From the IMG/VR virus record IMGVR_UViG_3300021964_000096, positions 1 to 52,548 of that record: a DNA stretch of 52,548 bases; one strand, given 5' to 3'. The notes beneath the pieces were generated by a model that was not told the DNA's origin, made no database searches, and was given only the letters and a program-made list of their open reading frames with translations. The position numbers were made by a program, and so were the translations under genes. Numbering within the stretch: the first letter of the stretch is position 1; each line of letters starts with the position of its first letter. This document shows positions 7,540-16,695 of the stretch, piece by piece. Source of the DNA: a virus. Its lineage: Duplodnaviria; Caudoviricetes.

Positions 7540-8270
7540 TGAAAAGAAAAGATGAGTTAAACAAGTTGAGAGAAGATGAACATTACTATGGTAAGTTTGG
7601 AAAACAGTTTCTAAGTAATTCAGATATCTCGACCTTATTAACAAATCCTTTGGCGCTAGGGAAACCAATGAAACCAATCCCTGCATTCCTAGTTGGAGGC
7701 TATTTTCACACAGCTATTCTTGAACCACATAAGCTCAAGAATTTTAAGATAATAGAAACTACGACTAGGAATACCAAAGCGTACAAAGAGATCTCAGACG
7801 GAGAGCTTTGCTTATTACAACACGAAGTAGATCAAACAGAGTTATTAGTAGAAAAAATTATGTCTAATGAAATCTGTAGAAATTTAATACGTGGTGAAAA
7901 CGTAGAGTATGAAGTACCTGGGATTGCTGAAATATTTGGTAATAAATGGAAAGGTAAGGCAGATATTATTAATCACGATGAAAAGTTAATCATTGACTTA
8001 AAAACAACTGCAGATATTTCTAAATTTCAATATTCAGCATCAAAGTACAATTATAACAGTCAAGCTTATATATATCAAAAGCTGTTTGGTTATGAAATGA
8101 TTTTTATAGTTATAGATAAAACCACACATCAAATAGGTATATATGACTGTTCTGATAAATTCCTATCTTATGGAGAGGAAAAAGTTCAGCAAGCAAGTGA
8201 AGCTTACGATTTATTTTTTAAAAATCCGGACTTTAAACCGGAAAACTATTTTATTAACAAAACCCTATAA
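7539..8270 (+). CDS. PD-(D/E)xK exonuclease (RecE/exonuclease VIII-like)
   Basis: LSNSDI...GGYFHTAILEP...KGKADII...IDLKTT...YNSQAYIY; adjacent to ERF. Confidence 0.85.
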   Translation: MKRKDELNKLREDEHYYGKFGKQFLSNSDISTLLTNPLALGKPMKPIPAFLVGGYFHTAILEPHKLKNFKIIETTTRNTKAYKEISDGELCLLQHEVDQTELLVEKIMSNEICRNLIRGENVEYEVPGIAEIFGNKWKGKADIINHDEKLIIDLKTTADISKFQYSASKYNYNSQAYIYQKLFGYEMIFIVIDKTTHQIGIYDCSDKFLSYGEEKVQQASEAYDLFFKNPDFKPENYFINKTL

Positions 8271-8272
8271 TT

Positions 8273-8584
8273 ATGGCAAGTATTATTAAAGCAAGCATTA
8301 ACTTAAATGAAATTCCTAAGGATAAAATTTATGTTGGCAAAAAAGGTAAATATTTACCTATTACAATTACCCTAAATGATGAAGTAGATAACTACGGAAA
8401 CCAGGGACCAGTTGTAGTTGAGCAGTCTAAAGAAGAGCGTGAAGCTAAAGCTCCTAAAGTTTATTTAGGTAATGTCAAAGTAGTATGGACTAACGGAGAC
8501 AATGTTGCAGCGGCGCCTCGTGAGGGTCAGCCTCAACAAGCAGCAGCGGCAGTACCAGAGCCTGCAGATGATCTACCATTTTAA
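8273..8584 (+). CDS. ssb: Single-stranded DNA-binding protein-like
   Basis: Follows the ERF/exonuclease pair; flexible tail ending DDLPF. Confidence 0.65.
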   Translation: MASIIKASINLNEIPKDKIYVGKKGKYLPITITLNDEVDNYGNQGPVVVEQSKEEREAKAPKVYLGNVKVVWTNGDNVAAAPREGQPQQAAAAVPEPADDLPF

Positions 8585-8705
8585 TTCCGACCGCCGCCAT
8601 TTTAAAGTCAAAACACTTTACTGGTGTGAGATGTGTGGGAAAAGTGTATCGGAAGAAGAATATGACTTCTGCGATATATGCCCCGACTGTAGAGACGGAG
8701 ATTAA
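8568..8705 (+). CDS. Small zinc-ribbon protein (about 45 aa; start uncertain)
   Basis: CEMC-x11-CDICPDC. Confidence 0.55.
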   Translation: MIYHFNSDRRHFKVKTLYWCEMCGKSVSEEEYDFCDICPDCRDGD

Positions 8706-8722
8706 CAATTAAATTAAATTAA

Positions 8723-10432
8723 ATGCAGACAACAGAGATCAATGGATTTTTGATTGATGAGTTCAATCAACATAAGCTTGAAGAGGGAAAAAAGCAAGGC
8801 ATATGTCCTCTTTGTTCTCACGATAGAAAACCCAAAAATCAAAAGGCAAAATGTGCGTCTTATGATTGGGAACGGGGTCTCGGTACTTGTCACAACTGTA
8901 ATACATCATTTCAACTACATACGTATCAACGTAAAGGTGCTAGTGAAAAGGTATATGTAAGACCTGCAGAGGTTGCGCATAAACCTCCAGCTAGCAAAGT
9001 AGTTGAGTGGTTTAAAACTAGGGGAATATCTCAGAAAACTCTCACTGATCTTAAGATTGGTGAGGGTCCTGAGTATATGCCTCAGACCGGTAAAACCGAG
9101 AACGTTATAAAGTTTAATTACTTCATGGGCGATCAACTTATTAATGTTAAGTATCGTGATGGACGAAAAAACTTTAAATTATATAAGGGCGCTGAAAAAG
9201 TGTTCTATAATATAAACAGTATAATAGGTTATGAGTATTGTGTTATTGTTGAAGGCGAAATGGATGTGCTTGCGCTACACGAAGCTGGAATAACAAATGC
9301 AATATCAGTTCCAAACGGAGCTACGTTAAATAGCAATAACCTTGATTACTTAGATGCTTGTATAGATTATTTCGAAGACAAAGAAAAAATCATATTAGCT
9401 GTAGACACAGACGAAGCAGGTCAAGCATTACAAACAGAGCTAGTTAGAAGATTAGGTTCTGAGGTATGTTACTTAGCTTCATTTGAAGATTGTAAAGACG
9501 CTAACGAATACTTAGTAAAATATGGAAAAGAAAAATTATCGCAGCGTATTTCAGGAGCAAGACCAGTACCGCTTGAGAATGTTACAACATTCAGGGATAT
9601 TGAAGATGAAGTTACCGACTTTGTTAAGAATGGCTTTAAACCAGGATTTCAAGTTGGCTTGGAAAATTTTGATGATATCTTCTCAACTTACACTGGTCAA
9701 TTCATTACTGTTACTGGTATTCCTAGTTCCGGTAAAAGTGATTTCGTCGATCAAATGGTTGTCGGATATAATAATAACTACGGATGGAAAACAGCATTTG
9801 CGTCGCCAGAAAATGTACCGACTTATTTACACGCTCATAAGTTAATGCGTAAGCATTGGCAAGGTATGCCGACTAGAGATGATATTGGTGGAGATAAATG
9901 GAATCAAATAGCAGATCATTGTAATAGCAATTACTTTCACATTGATATGGAACGTTATACGTTAGATTCTGTATTACGTAAAGGCGCTGAGCTGGTTAAA
10001 CGCAAAGGTATTAAATGCTTGGTTATTGATCCATTTAATAAAGTAAGAGATATCGATTGTAAAACTGAAGATGTAAATCGTTACACTATGGAATACTTAA
10101 GCAAGATTGAAATCTTTGCTAAGAAGTATGATGTATTAGTGTTTATTGTAGCTCACCCAACTAAAATGTATAAAGACAAAGATGGTAAAATTGAAGAACC
10201 AAATATGTATAACATTAAAGGCGGTGGTGAATGGTATGATGCTAGTTATCACGGGTTGTTAGTTCATAGAGATTATGAGGCAAAAACAGTCAAAGCTAAA
10301 GTACTTAAAGTAAAGTTTCAAAACCTCGGTGAAAACGGAGCTGAAGCTCATTTTAAATGGGAGCCTAAGTCTGGTTGTTTTATACCTCACGAGCAAGTTA
10401 ACTTAGCTGGTGAAAAAATGCCATGGGAGTAA
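8723..10432 (+). CDS. Primase-helicase (T7 gp4/Twinkle-like)
   Basis: Zn finger CPLC...CHNC; TOPRIM IVEGEMD...DTDEAG; Walker A TGIPSSGKS; VIDPFN; VAHPTK. Confidence 0.95.
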   Translation: MQTTEINGFLIDEFNQHKLEEGKKQGICPLCSHDRKPKNQKAKCASYDWERGLGTCHNCNTSFQLHTYQRKGASEKVYVRPAEVAHKPPASKVVEWFKTRGISQKTLTDLKIGEGPEYMPQTGKTENVIKFNYFMGDQLINVKYRDGRKNFKLYKGAEKVFYNINSIIGYEYCVIVEGEMDVLALHEAGITNAISVPNGATLNSNNLDYLDACIDYFEDKEKIILAVDTDEAGQALQTELVRRLGSEVCYLASFEDCKDANEYLVKYGKEKLSQRISGARPVPLENVTTFRDIEDEVTDFVKNGFKPGFQVGLENFDDIFSTYTGQFITVTGIPSSGKSDFVDQMVVGYNNNYGWKTAFASPENVPTYLHAHKLMRKHWQGMPTRDDIGGDKWNQIADHCNSNYFHIDMERYTLDSVLRKGAELVKRKGIKCLVIDPFNKVRDIDCKTEDVNRYTMEYLSKIEIFAKKYDVLVFIVAHPTKMYKDKDGKIEEPNMYNIKGGGEWYDASYHGLLVHRDYEAKTVKAKVLKVKFQNLGENGAEAHFKWEPKSGCFIPHEQVNLAGEKMPWE

Positions 10433-10675
10433 ATGGCAAAAAGTAAAGGTGTAAACATGGGTGAGTATTTAGCTACCCCTGGAGAATGGGAAGCGTATAG
10501 ATGGTGTATAAGAAATGCTATACACATTGCACCCAAAGCTTTGACTGAAGCTAGATGGACAATTACAATAACAAATAAAGGAATAACTAATCAAGACCCT
10601 GAAAGCTATACAAAAGTAGTTATTTGGGAGACAGTCTTTAAATATTACAAATATTATTATGACAAATATAATTAA
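10433..10675 (+). CDS. Hypothetical protein
   Basis: 80 aa; within the replication operon. Confidence 0.7.
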   Translation: MAKSKGVNMGEYLATPGEWEAYRWCIRNAIHIAPKALTEARWTITITNKGITNQDPESYTKVVIWETVFKYYKYYYDKYN

Positions 10676-11315
10676 TGCAGAATTTGAAACAGCGAGTGAT
10701 GCTTATAATTGGCTTTTTCCTAAAATAATTTGGGATGGGGTCGACTTCGGTGATACTAAAGCGTTGTTTAATGTAGGTTTTACAATACTGAATCCTACAG
10801 ACAAAATTATTCATAACAAAAACCGCAAGTGGAATATTGAATATGCAGAAGCTGAATGGCAATGGTATTTATCAGGTGACCCTAGTGTTGAAAAGCTTGG
10901 TGAAATATATGGTAAAGTGCCTCAAATATGGAAACGTATGGCTGATAGCTTAGGCAACGTAAGATCTAACTACGGTTGGCAATGGCAGCGTAATCATCAA
11001 ATAGACAAAGTTGTAGCAATGCTAAAAGACAATCCACAAACTAGACAAGCAGCAATAAGTATATATGACGGTAAAGAAATTGATACATACAGAAACGATA
11101 CACCTTGTACATATGCTGTTCAGTTTACGGTACTAAATAATAAGCTTAATATGTCTGTTTATATGCGTTCTAATGATCTCTGGTACGGCTTTTGCAACGA
11201 TCAGTATCAATTTGCATCATTGCAAGAATTAATCGCAGAGAGGACAGGATATGAAGTTGGTACTTATTACCACCACGCACATAACTTACATCTGTATAAC
11301 AATAAAATAACTTAA
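10659..11315 (+). CDS. Thymidylate-synthase-fold enzyme, probably dCMP hydroxymethylase/methylase type
   Basis: DTPCTYAVQF catalytic Cys; MRSNDLWYGFCND has Asp at the pyrimidine-specificity position; HNLHLY. Confidence 0.8.
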   Translation: MTNIINAEFETASDAYNWLFPKIIWDGVDFGDTKALFNVGFTILNPTDKIIHNKNRKWNIEYAEAEWQWYLSGDPSVEKLGEIYGKVPQIWKRMADSLGNVRSNYGWQWQRNHQIDKVVAMLKDNPQTRQAAISIYDGKEIDTYRNDTPCTYAVQFTVLNNKLNMSVYMRSNDLWYGFCNDQYQFASLQELIAERTGYEVGTYYHHAHNLHLYNNKIT

Positions 11316-11316
11316 T

Positions 11317-12090
11317 ATGTATTATTTATATCACATACCTGGTAAAAAGATTGGCGTAACACGTAATCTTAATACTAGAGTAACCCTTATGCAAGGCTAT
11401 AAGGAGGGTGAGTATGAAGTTCTTGAACAGTCAAGCGATATAGATTATATATCAGACCGTGAAATAGAACTTCAAAAGTCTTATGGCTACAAAGTTGATA
11501 GACAATCCTATAAAAATTTAATTAATAAAAACAATCAAATGCAAATAAACGCTACAGAGCAGACCTCAACATTCCCATGTCCATTAGACAAACTGAAAGG
11601 TAGATTAATGGACAATTTAAATTTAGTATGGCAAACATCACACGGTGAATTTGAAATTACAAAAGAAAATATACCTTGGATATTAGCTAACGCTAGGGCC
11701 TCGATGTATAACGATAATCGAAGCTATATTTATAACAAGGCTTTTTATGAAGCCTTTTTTAATCCGAAACATACACCTAAACCTTACCCTTTACCCTCAC
11801 GCTTTGATCTTATAAGAACTTGGGCTAGCGATAGAGGTATTTATGGTCAAGGCAATTCACATACACAATATGTTAAGCTCATGGAAGAAGCTGGTGAGCT
11901 AGCTAAAGCTTTATTAAAAAGAGATAATTTAGAAATAATAGATGCTATTGGAGATATGGTTGTAGTACTAACTAACCTAGCGGCAATGGAAGGTTTACAA
12001 ATTGAAGGTTGTATTGATTCGGCCTACAAAGAAATAGCTAACCGTAAGGGTAAAATGGAAAATGGTACATTTGTAAAAGAAACACTATAA
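11317..12090 (+). CDS. MazG-like NTP pyrophosphatase with N-terminal GIY-YIG-like segment
   Basis: N-term YYLYHIPGKKIGVTRNLNTR; C-term KLMEEAGEL...DAIGDMVVVL...AYKEIANRKG. Confidence 0.8.
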   Translation: MYYLYHIPGKKIGVTRNLNTRVTLMQGYKEGEYEVLEQSSDIDYISDREIELQKSYGYKVDRQSYKNLINKNNQMQINATEQTSTFPCPLDKLKGRLMDNLNLVWQTSHGEFEITKENIPWILANARASMYNDNRSYIYNKAFYEAFFNPKHTPKPYPLPSRFDLIRTWASDRGIYGQGNSHTQYVKLMEEAGELAKALLKRDNLEIIDAIGDMVVVLTNLAAMEGLQIEGCIDSAYKEIANRKGKMENGTFVKETL

Positions 12091-12446
12091 TGAAGATAGA
12101 CACTAAAGATGAAATAGTATTAGCAGTACTAAAGAAAATGGATCAACGTAGTATTATTGGTCAACAAAAATACGGAGCCACAATGATGCAAGAAATAGTT
12201 GGTGAGGAAAAAGATCTAAATCGTTTCTTAATTGATGTGCAAGAAGAGCTTATGGATGCTTTGCTATACATTGAAGCTGCTAAACGATGCTTGTCAGATG
12301 AAATTGAACAAGCTATGATTAATAGAAATAATATCATTGGTCAAAATGGTAACGATGGTCTGCATTATGACGAAGATCATGCTTTAGATACTGTTTTAAA
12401 TGATATGGTTAAAGACATTGAAGTAAATGAAGAGACTACCCTATAA
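12090..12446 (+). CDS. All-alpha NTP-PPase-like protein
   Basis: RSIIGQQKYG...VQEELMDALLY. Confidence 0.6.
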   Translation: MKIDTKDEIVLAVLKKMDQRSIIGQQKYGATMMQEIVGEEKDLNRFLIDVQEELMDALLYIEAAKRCLSDEIEQAMINRNNIIGQNGNDGLHYDEDHALDTVLNDMVKDIEVNEETTL

Positions 12447-12888
12447 AAAACGAAGTAGAAAAAAAGGTCCAGTGCAGTCGAAGAAGGTGTCATATGATGG
12501 CATCAACTTCGCCTCAGGGCTAGAACGCTATATGTATATGGCTTTACAAAAAGCTAAAATAAGGTTTAAATATGAAGGAGAGACTTTTGTTTTACTTAAT
12601 GGTTTTCATTTTGATAATGAAGTTTATGAAAGACAATCTAATGGAAAAGGTGAGTATAAAAATAGAGGTTGTAAAAGAATACTTCCTATTAAATACACTC
12701 CGGATTTTATTGGTGATGATTTTATAATTGAAACTAAAGGTAGAGCTAACGAAAGTTTTCCAATGCGTTGGAAGTTGTTTAAGCAATTAATTGTAAGACA
12801 ATTTCCAGGTATAACATTGTACAAACCACAAAATCAAAAAGAATGCGACGAGACAATAAGCATAATCCTTTCGAAGCGAAGAGGATAG
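12427..12888 (+). CDS. Endonuclease I-like Holliday junction resolvase (T7 gp3-like)
   Basis: FASGLE...YTPDF...IETKG. Confidence 0.85.
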   Translation: MKRLPYKKRSRKKGPVQSKKVSYDGINFASGLERYMYMALQKAKIRFKYEGETFVLLNGFHFDNEVYERQSNGKGEYKNRGCKRILPIKYTPDFIGDDFIIETKGRANESFPMRWKLFKQLIVRQFPGITLYKPQNQKECDETISIILSKRRG

Positions 12889-13019
12889 CTAGACAAAAGT
12901 ATGCTGAGCGCCAAATTGATAAGTTTGTCAAATGGAGTTGGGAAATACGAGGTAAAGTTAAATATAATGAATTAATAGAATTACAAGAACAGTATGGAAT
13001 TAGATGTAGCGAAAATTGA
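12843..13019 (+). CDS. Small hypothetical protein (58 aa)
   Basis: MRRDNKHNPFEAK...; fills the gap with overlaps. Confidence 0.55.
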   Translation: MRRDNKHNPFEAKRIARQKYAERQIDKFVKWSWEIRGKVKYNELIELQEQYGIRCSEN

Positions 13020-13149
13020 AAAATATGTAAGAGATAAATACCCTAGAACTTTTAAAGACAAACCTTTAACTATAATAGAAGAACAAGACTTTTATTTAAT
13101 AAAAAGAAACAACGACGAATCCCCATTAATATTAAGCAAAAACATATAA
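12994..13149 (+). CDS. Small hypothetical protein (51 aa)
   Basis: MELDVAKIEKYV...ESPLILSKNI. Confidence 0.6.
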   Translation: MELDVAKIEKYVRDKYPRTFKDKPLTIIEEQDFYLIKRNNDESPLILSKNI

Positions 13150-13150
13150 T

Positions 13151-13306
13151 ATGAGTAAAGAAAATGAAAACAAACCATTGTGGTCAATTGAATTAGGATT
13201 TTATCCTGGAATAGTTATAGGAGCTAGAACATATCCCGAACCAGAACAAACAACTCACGTGCTATACATACCTTTTATAGATTTAGCGTTAACAATTTAC
13301 AAATAA
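13151..13306 (+). CDS. Small hypothetical protein (51 aa)
   Basis: WSIELGFYPGIVIG...HVLYIPFID; TAATG coupling. Confidence 0.65.
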   Translation: MSKENENKPLWSIELGFYPGIVIGARTYPEPEQTTHVLYIPFIDLALTIYK

Positions 13307-13473
13307 TGGATCAAGACGTAGAAACACAATTCCATACAATAGACCTGTTTATACGATCTGTTTTAGATGATATGGATAAAGTATCAAAATCAACAAAAAA
13401 GATCGATATAATGGCTTATATTGATTCCTGGAAGACTGAATTAAAGACTGTACAACACATAATAAATATATAA
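13306..13473 (+). CDS. Small hypothetical protein (55 aa)
   Basis: TAATG-coupled on both sides, including to nrdB. Confidence 0.65.
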   Translation: MDQDVETQFHTIDLFIRSVLDDMDKVSKSTKKIDIMAYIDSWKTELKTVQHIINI

Positions 13474-14441
13474 TGGGATTATTTGACAAAAGAATAGCTT
13501 ACAAACCTTTTGAGTACCCTGACTACTACACAGAAGGCTGGTTGAAACAAGCTCAAGCATTTTGGTTACATACTGAAATTTCAATGCAAAGTGATATAAA
13601 AGATTGGAATGAAAAACTTAATGAAAAAGAAAAGCATTTAGTTGGTAATATCTTATTAGGCTTTGCACAAACAGAATGTGCTGTGTCAGACTACTGGACA
13701 CAAAAAGTAGTAGGTTGGTTTCCTAAACACGAAATACAACAAATGGCCATGATGTTTGGATCACAAGAAACAATACACGCTGTTGCTTACAGTTATTTAA
13801 ATGAAACATTAAAGTTAGAAGATTATGAAGCATTTTTACATGAGCCTGCTACGGCTGAGCGTTTTGATAATCTTGTTGCTTACGATGGTGATAATCCAAT
13901 CGGCATTGCTAAATCACTTGCTGTATTCTCTGCGTTCGCTGAAGGAGTTAGTTTGTATTCTGCTTTTGCAGTGCTGTATTCTTTTCAGTTACGCAATTTG
14001 CTTAAAGGTATTGGACAGCAAATGAAATGGTCCGTAAGAGATGAATCATTACATAGCAAAATGGGTTGTAAACTATTTCGCGATATGTGTAGTGAAAATG
14101 ATCAATTACTACATTTATGTCGAGAAGATATAATAAATGCTGCGGAAACAATGATTAAATTAGAAACTAAATATATTGACAAAATGTTTGAGATGGGTGA
14201 TATCGAGGGTATATCAGCTAATGATTTGAAACATTTTATAAAAAAGAGAACAAATGAAAAACTTGTGGAACTCGGTTATGTTGACTTGGGATCGTATTTT
14301 GCGTATGACACCAAAGCAGCAGCTAATCTTGATTGGTTCTATCATCTTACCGGCGGGGTCACTCATACTGATTTTTTCGCGACTAGGCCGACTGATTACT
14401 CGAAAGCTGGGGAAGGCGAAGACTTTGAAGACATTTGGTAA
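13473..14441 (+). CDS. nrdB: Ribonucleotide reductase class I beta subunit
   Basis: FW...E; ETIHAVAYS with radical Tyr; EGVSLYSAF; RDESLH; DFF. Confidence 0.96.
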   Translation: MGLFDKRIAYKPFEYPDYYTEGWLKQAQAFWLHTEISMQSDIKDWNEKLNEKEKHLVGNILLGFAQTECAVSDYWTQKVVGWFPKHEIQQMAMMFGSQETIHAVAYSYLNETLKLEDYEAFLHEPATAERFDNLVAYDGDNPIGIAKSLAVFSAFAEGVSLYSAFAVLYSFQLRNLLKGIGQQMKWSVRDESLHSKMGCKLFRDMCSENDQLLHLCREDIINAAETMIKLETKYIDKMFEMGDIEGISANDLKHFIKKRTNEKLVELGYVDLGSYFAYDTKAAANLDWFYHLTGGVTHTDFFATRPTDYSKAGEGEDFEDIW

Positions 14442-14480
14442 TGTCATAACTGAAGACGAATTATACGAACAATTATACAA

Positions 14481-14711
14481 ATGAAAGAACAAACTTTAAT
14501 AGAAATGAAAAACAAAATTGAAACGCTTGGACAAGCTGCTCAATTCTTAATGCAAGAAACTAAAAACTTAAAAGACCTAGCAGTAGGTACATTAGAAACA
14601 ATTAAACAAATGCCTGATTATGAGCAAGCTATCGAAAAGCTTAAAGAAAAAATGGTTGAAAAAACTGGTGAAGCAAAGAAAGCTGACACCGGTGGAAAGA
14701 TTATCGAATAG
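14481..14711 (+). CDS. Hypothetical coiled-coil protein
   Basis: 76 aa; between nrdB and nrdA. Confidence 0.7.
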   Translation: MKEQTLIEMKNKIETLGQAAQFLMQETKNLKDLAVGTLETIKQMPDYEQAIEKLKEKMVEKTGEAKKADTGGKIIE

Positions 14712-14898
14712 ATTAGGGTATATGGGGACGGCGTTTATGATGATGTCTCCCCATTTATTACCGGATCAAATTGGAATGGTTACATATATTATAGCAGGTG
14801 CTATATCAATACCTCAAGTGTTTGTAGCAAAACAATGGAACTTAGTAGCAGTTAATTTAAACGTAGCAATAGCCTACACAATATTATATTTATCATAA
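14620..14898 (+). CDS. Small membrane protein (about 3 TM; possibly PnuC/SemiSWEET-like)
   Basis: Basic N-term then three hydrophobic segments; abuts the nrdA start. Confidence 0.6.
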   Translation: MSKLSKSLKKKWLKKLVKQRKLTPVERLSNRLGYMGTAFMMMSPHLLPDQIGMVTYIIAGAISIPQVFVAKQWNLVAVNLNVAIAYTILYLS

Positions 14899-16620
14899 AT
14901 GTGGAATGAAAATTGGAAAAAAGGAGAAGATTACCCTACGTGGGGTGATACGGACGTATACAAAAAGACAATATCCGGGGGATATTTATTTGACGGAGAG
15001 TCACCTAAAGAAGCATACATGCGCGTCAGTAAAACGGTTGCTCGTAGATTATATAAGCCGGAAATGGCAGAAACTTTCTTCGAGTATATTTGGAACGGAT
15101 GGCTTTGCCTCGCGAGTCCAGTATTATCTAATACCGGCACTGATAGGGGTTTGCCTATTAGCTGCTTTGGTATCGATGTTGCTGATAGTATACAAGACAT
15201 AGGACAGAAGAACTTAGAGATGATGCTACTCGCTAAGCACGGCGGTGGAGTTGGTATCGGTATTAATCAAATTAGACCCGCTGGCGCTAAAATTACAGGT
15301 AATGGAACATCAGACGGAGTCGTACCTTTTTGCAAAATCTATGATAGCACAATTCTTGCGACTAATCAAGGATCAGTCAGAAGAGGAGCAGCATCGGTTA
15401 ACATCAATATTGAACACAATGATTTCGAAGAATGGCTTGAGATTAGAGAGCCTAAAGGAGATGTCAACAGACAATCGCTTAATTTACATCAGTGTGCAAT
15501 TGTGGGTGATAAGTTTATGCGACGCCTTGAACAAGGAGATGCGGATGCTAGAGCTAGATGGAGTAAATTACTTAGAAAGCGAAAAGCAACTGGAGAACCG
15601 TATATTATGTTTAAAGGAAATGTTAACAAAGCAAATCCAAAAGCATATAAAGAAAACGGGTTAAAAGTACATATGACAAACATATGTTCAGAGATAACGT
15701 TACACACAGATGAAAACCACAGCTTTGTTTGTTGTTTATCATCATTAAACTTAGCAAAATATGAAGAATGGAAAAACACTAACCTTATTTACGACGCCAT
15801 ATGGTTTCTTGACGGTGTTATGGAAGAATTTATTCAAAGGGCGAAAGGATTACGCGGATTCGAGAATTCTATACGATCTGCACAGAAAGGGAGAGCATTG
15901 GGACTGGGAGTCCTCGGCTGGCACACTTACTTACAAGAGAAGGGTATTCCTTTCGAAGGTTTATTATCTCAGTTTGAAACTAGGAGGATATTTTCGCAAA
16001 TTAAAATTGAAAGCGAAAGAGCTTCCATGGCGCTTGCTGAAACTTATGGTGAGCCTTTGTGGTGTGTTGGCACTGGTTATCGCAACACTCATTTGCGCGC
16101 CGTTGCTCCTACTGTCTCTAACAGTAAGCTCTCTGGAAACGTAAGTGCAGGTATTGAACCTTGGGCTGCCAATGTGTTTACTGAACAATCTGCTAAAGGT
16201 ACTTTTATACGTAAAAATCCTACGCTAGTTAAATTGTTAAGAAAACTTAAAATAAATAATAATGAAATTTGGAACAAGATTCTCGCGGATGGTGGTAGTG
16301 TTCAAGATATACCTGAGCTTGATGGGGTTACTGTTGGGTCACACGAAATCCCTGCGAAAGAAGTATTTAAGACGTTTAAGGAGATTAATCAATTAGAGTT
16401 AGTTAATCAAGCTGGACTGAGACAGCAGTATATAGATCAATCTGTTAGTTTGAATTTAGCTTTTCCTAGTGAAGCGACGCCTAAATGGCTTAATAAAGTA
16501 CATCATGAAGCTTGGAAAAAAGGAGTGAAGACTTTATATTATACGAGAACAGAGAGTGTTCTACGTGGAGATATTGCACAGCAAGCGATGAGTGAAGATT
16601 GTCTTGCGTGTGATGGTTAG
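14899..16620 (+). CDS. nrdA: Ribonucleotide reductase class I alpha subunit (no ATP cone)
   Basis: ISCF, GGGVG, RRGA, TNICSEI, CCLSSLN, APTVSNS, DQSVSLN, KTLYY, C-terminal CLAC. Confidence 0.97.
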   Translation: MWNENWKKGEDYPTWGDTDVYKKTISGGYLFDGESPKEAYMRVSKTVARRLYKPEMAETFFEYIWNGWLCLASPVLSNTGTDRGLPISCFGIDVADSIQDIGQKNLEMMLLAKHGGGVGIGINQIRPAGAKITGNGTSDGVVPFCKIYDSTILATNQGSVRRGAASVNINIEHNDFEEWLEIREPKGDVNRQSLNLHQCAIVGDKFMRRLEQGDADARARWSKLLRKRKATGEPYIMFKGNVNKANPKAYKENGLKVHMTNICSEITLHTDENHSFVCCLSSLNLAKYEEWKNTNLIYDAIWFLDGVMEEFIQRAKGLRGFENSIRSAQKGRALGLGVLGWHTYLQEKGIPFEGLLSQFETRRIFSQIKIESERASMALAETYGEPLWCVGTGYRNTHLRAVAPTVSNSKLSGNVSAGIEPWAANVFTEQSAKGTFIRKNPTLVKLLRKLKINNNEIWNKILADGGSVQDIPELDGVTVGSHEIPAKEVFKTFKEINQLELVNQAGLRQQYIDQSVSLNLAFPSEATPKWLNKVHHEAWKKGVKTLYYTRTESVLRGDIAQQAMSEDCLACDG

Positions 16621-16639
16621 TTGTTTAGTTAGTTAGAAA

Positions 16640-16672
16640 GAGGGCGCTGGAAACGGCGCTCTTGTTTTATTT
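16640..16672 (+). terminator. Intrinsic terminator after nrdA
   Basis: GAGGGCGCTG-GAAA-CGGCGCTCTT followed by GTTTTATTTT. Confidence 0.8.
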
Positions 16673-16695
16673 TAATATTTTAAAATTAAACTTTT

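Noticed and set aside
10659-11315. Plain thyA annotation
   Set aside because: Asp replaces the dUMP-specifying Asn and PCH is PCT, which fits dCMP-modifying enzymes better.
14906-16144. Three consecutive +1-frame ORFs inside nrdA (also +1 ORFs in primase-helicase and ligase)
   Set aside because: Interrupted by stops, with no coupling or recognisable features. Explainable by codon bias, although a homologue-based test would be needed to exclude them fully.
16616-16636. Short TTAG tandem repeats after nrdA
   Set aside because: Too short and low-complexity to support a function.
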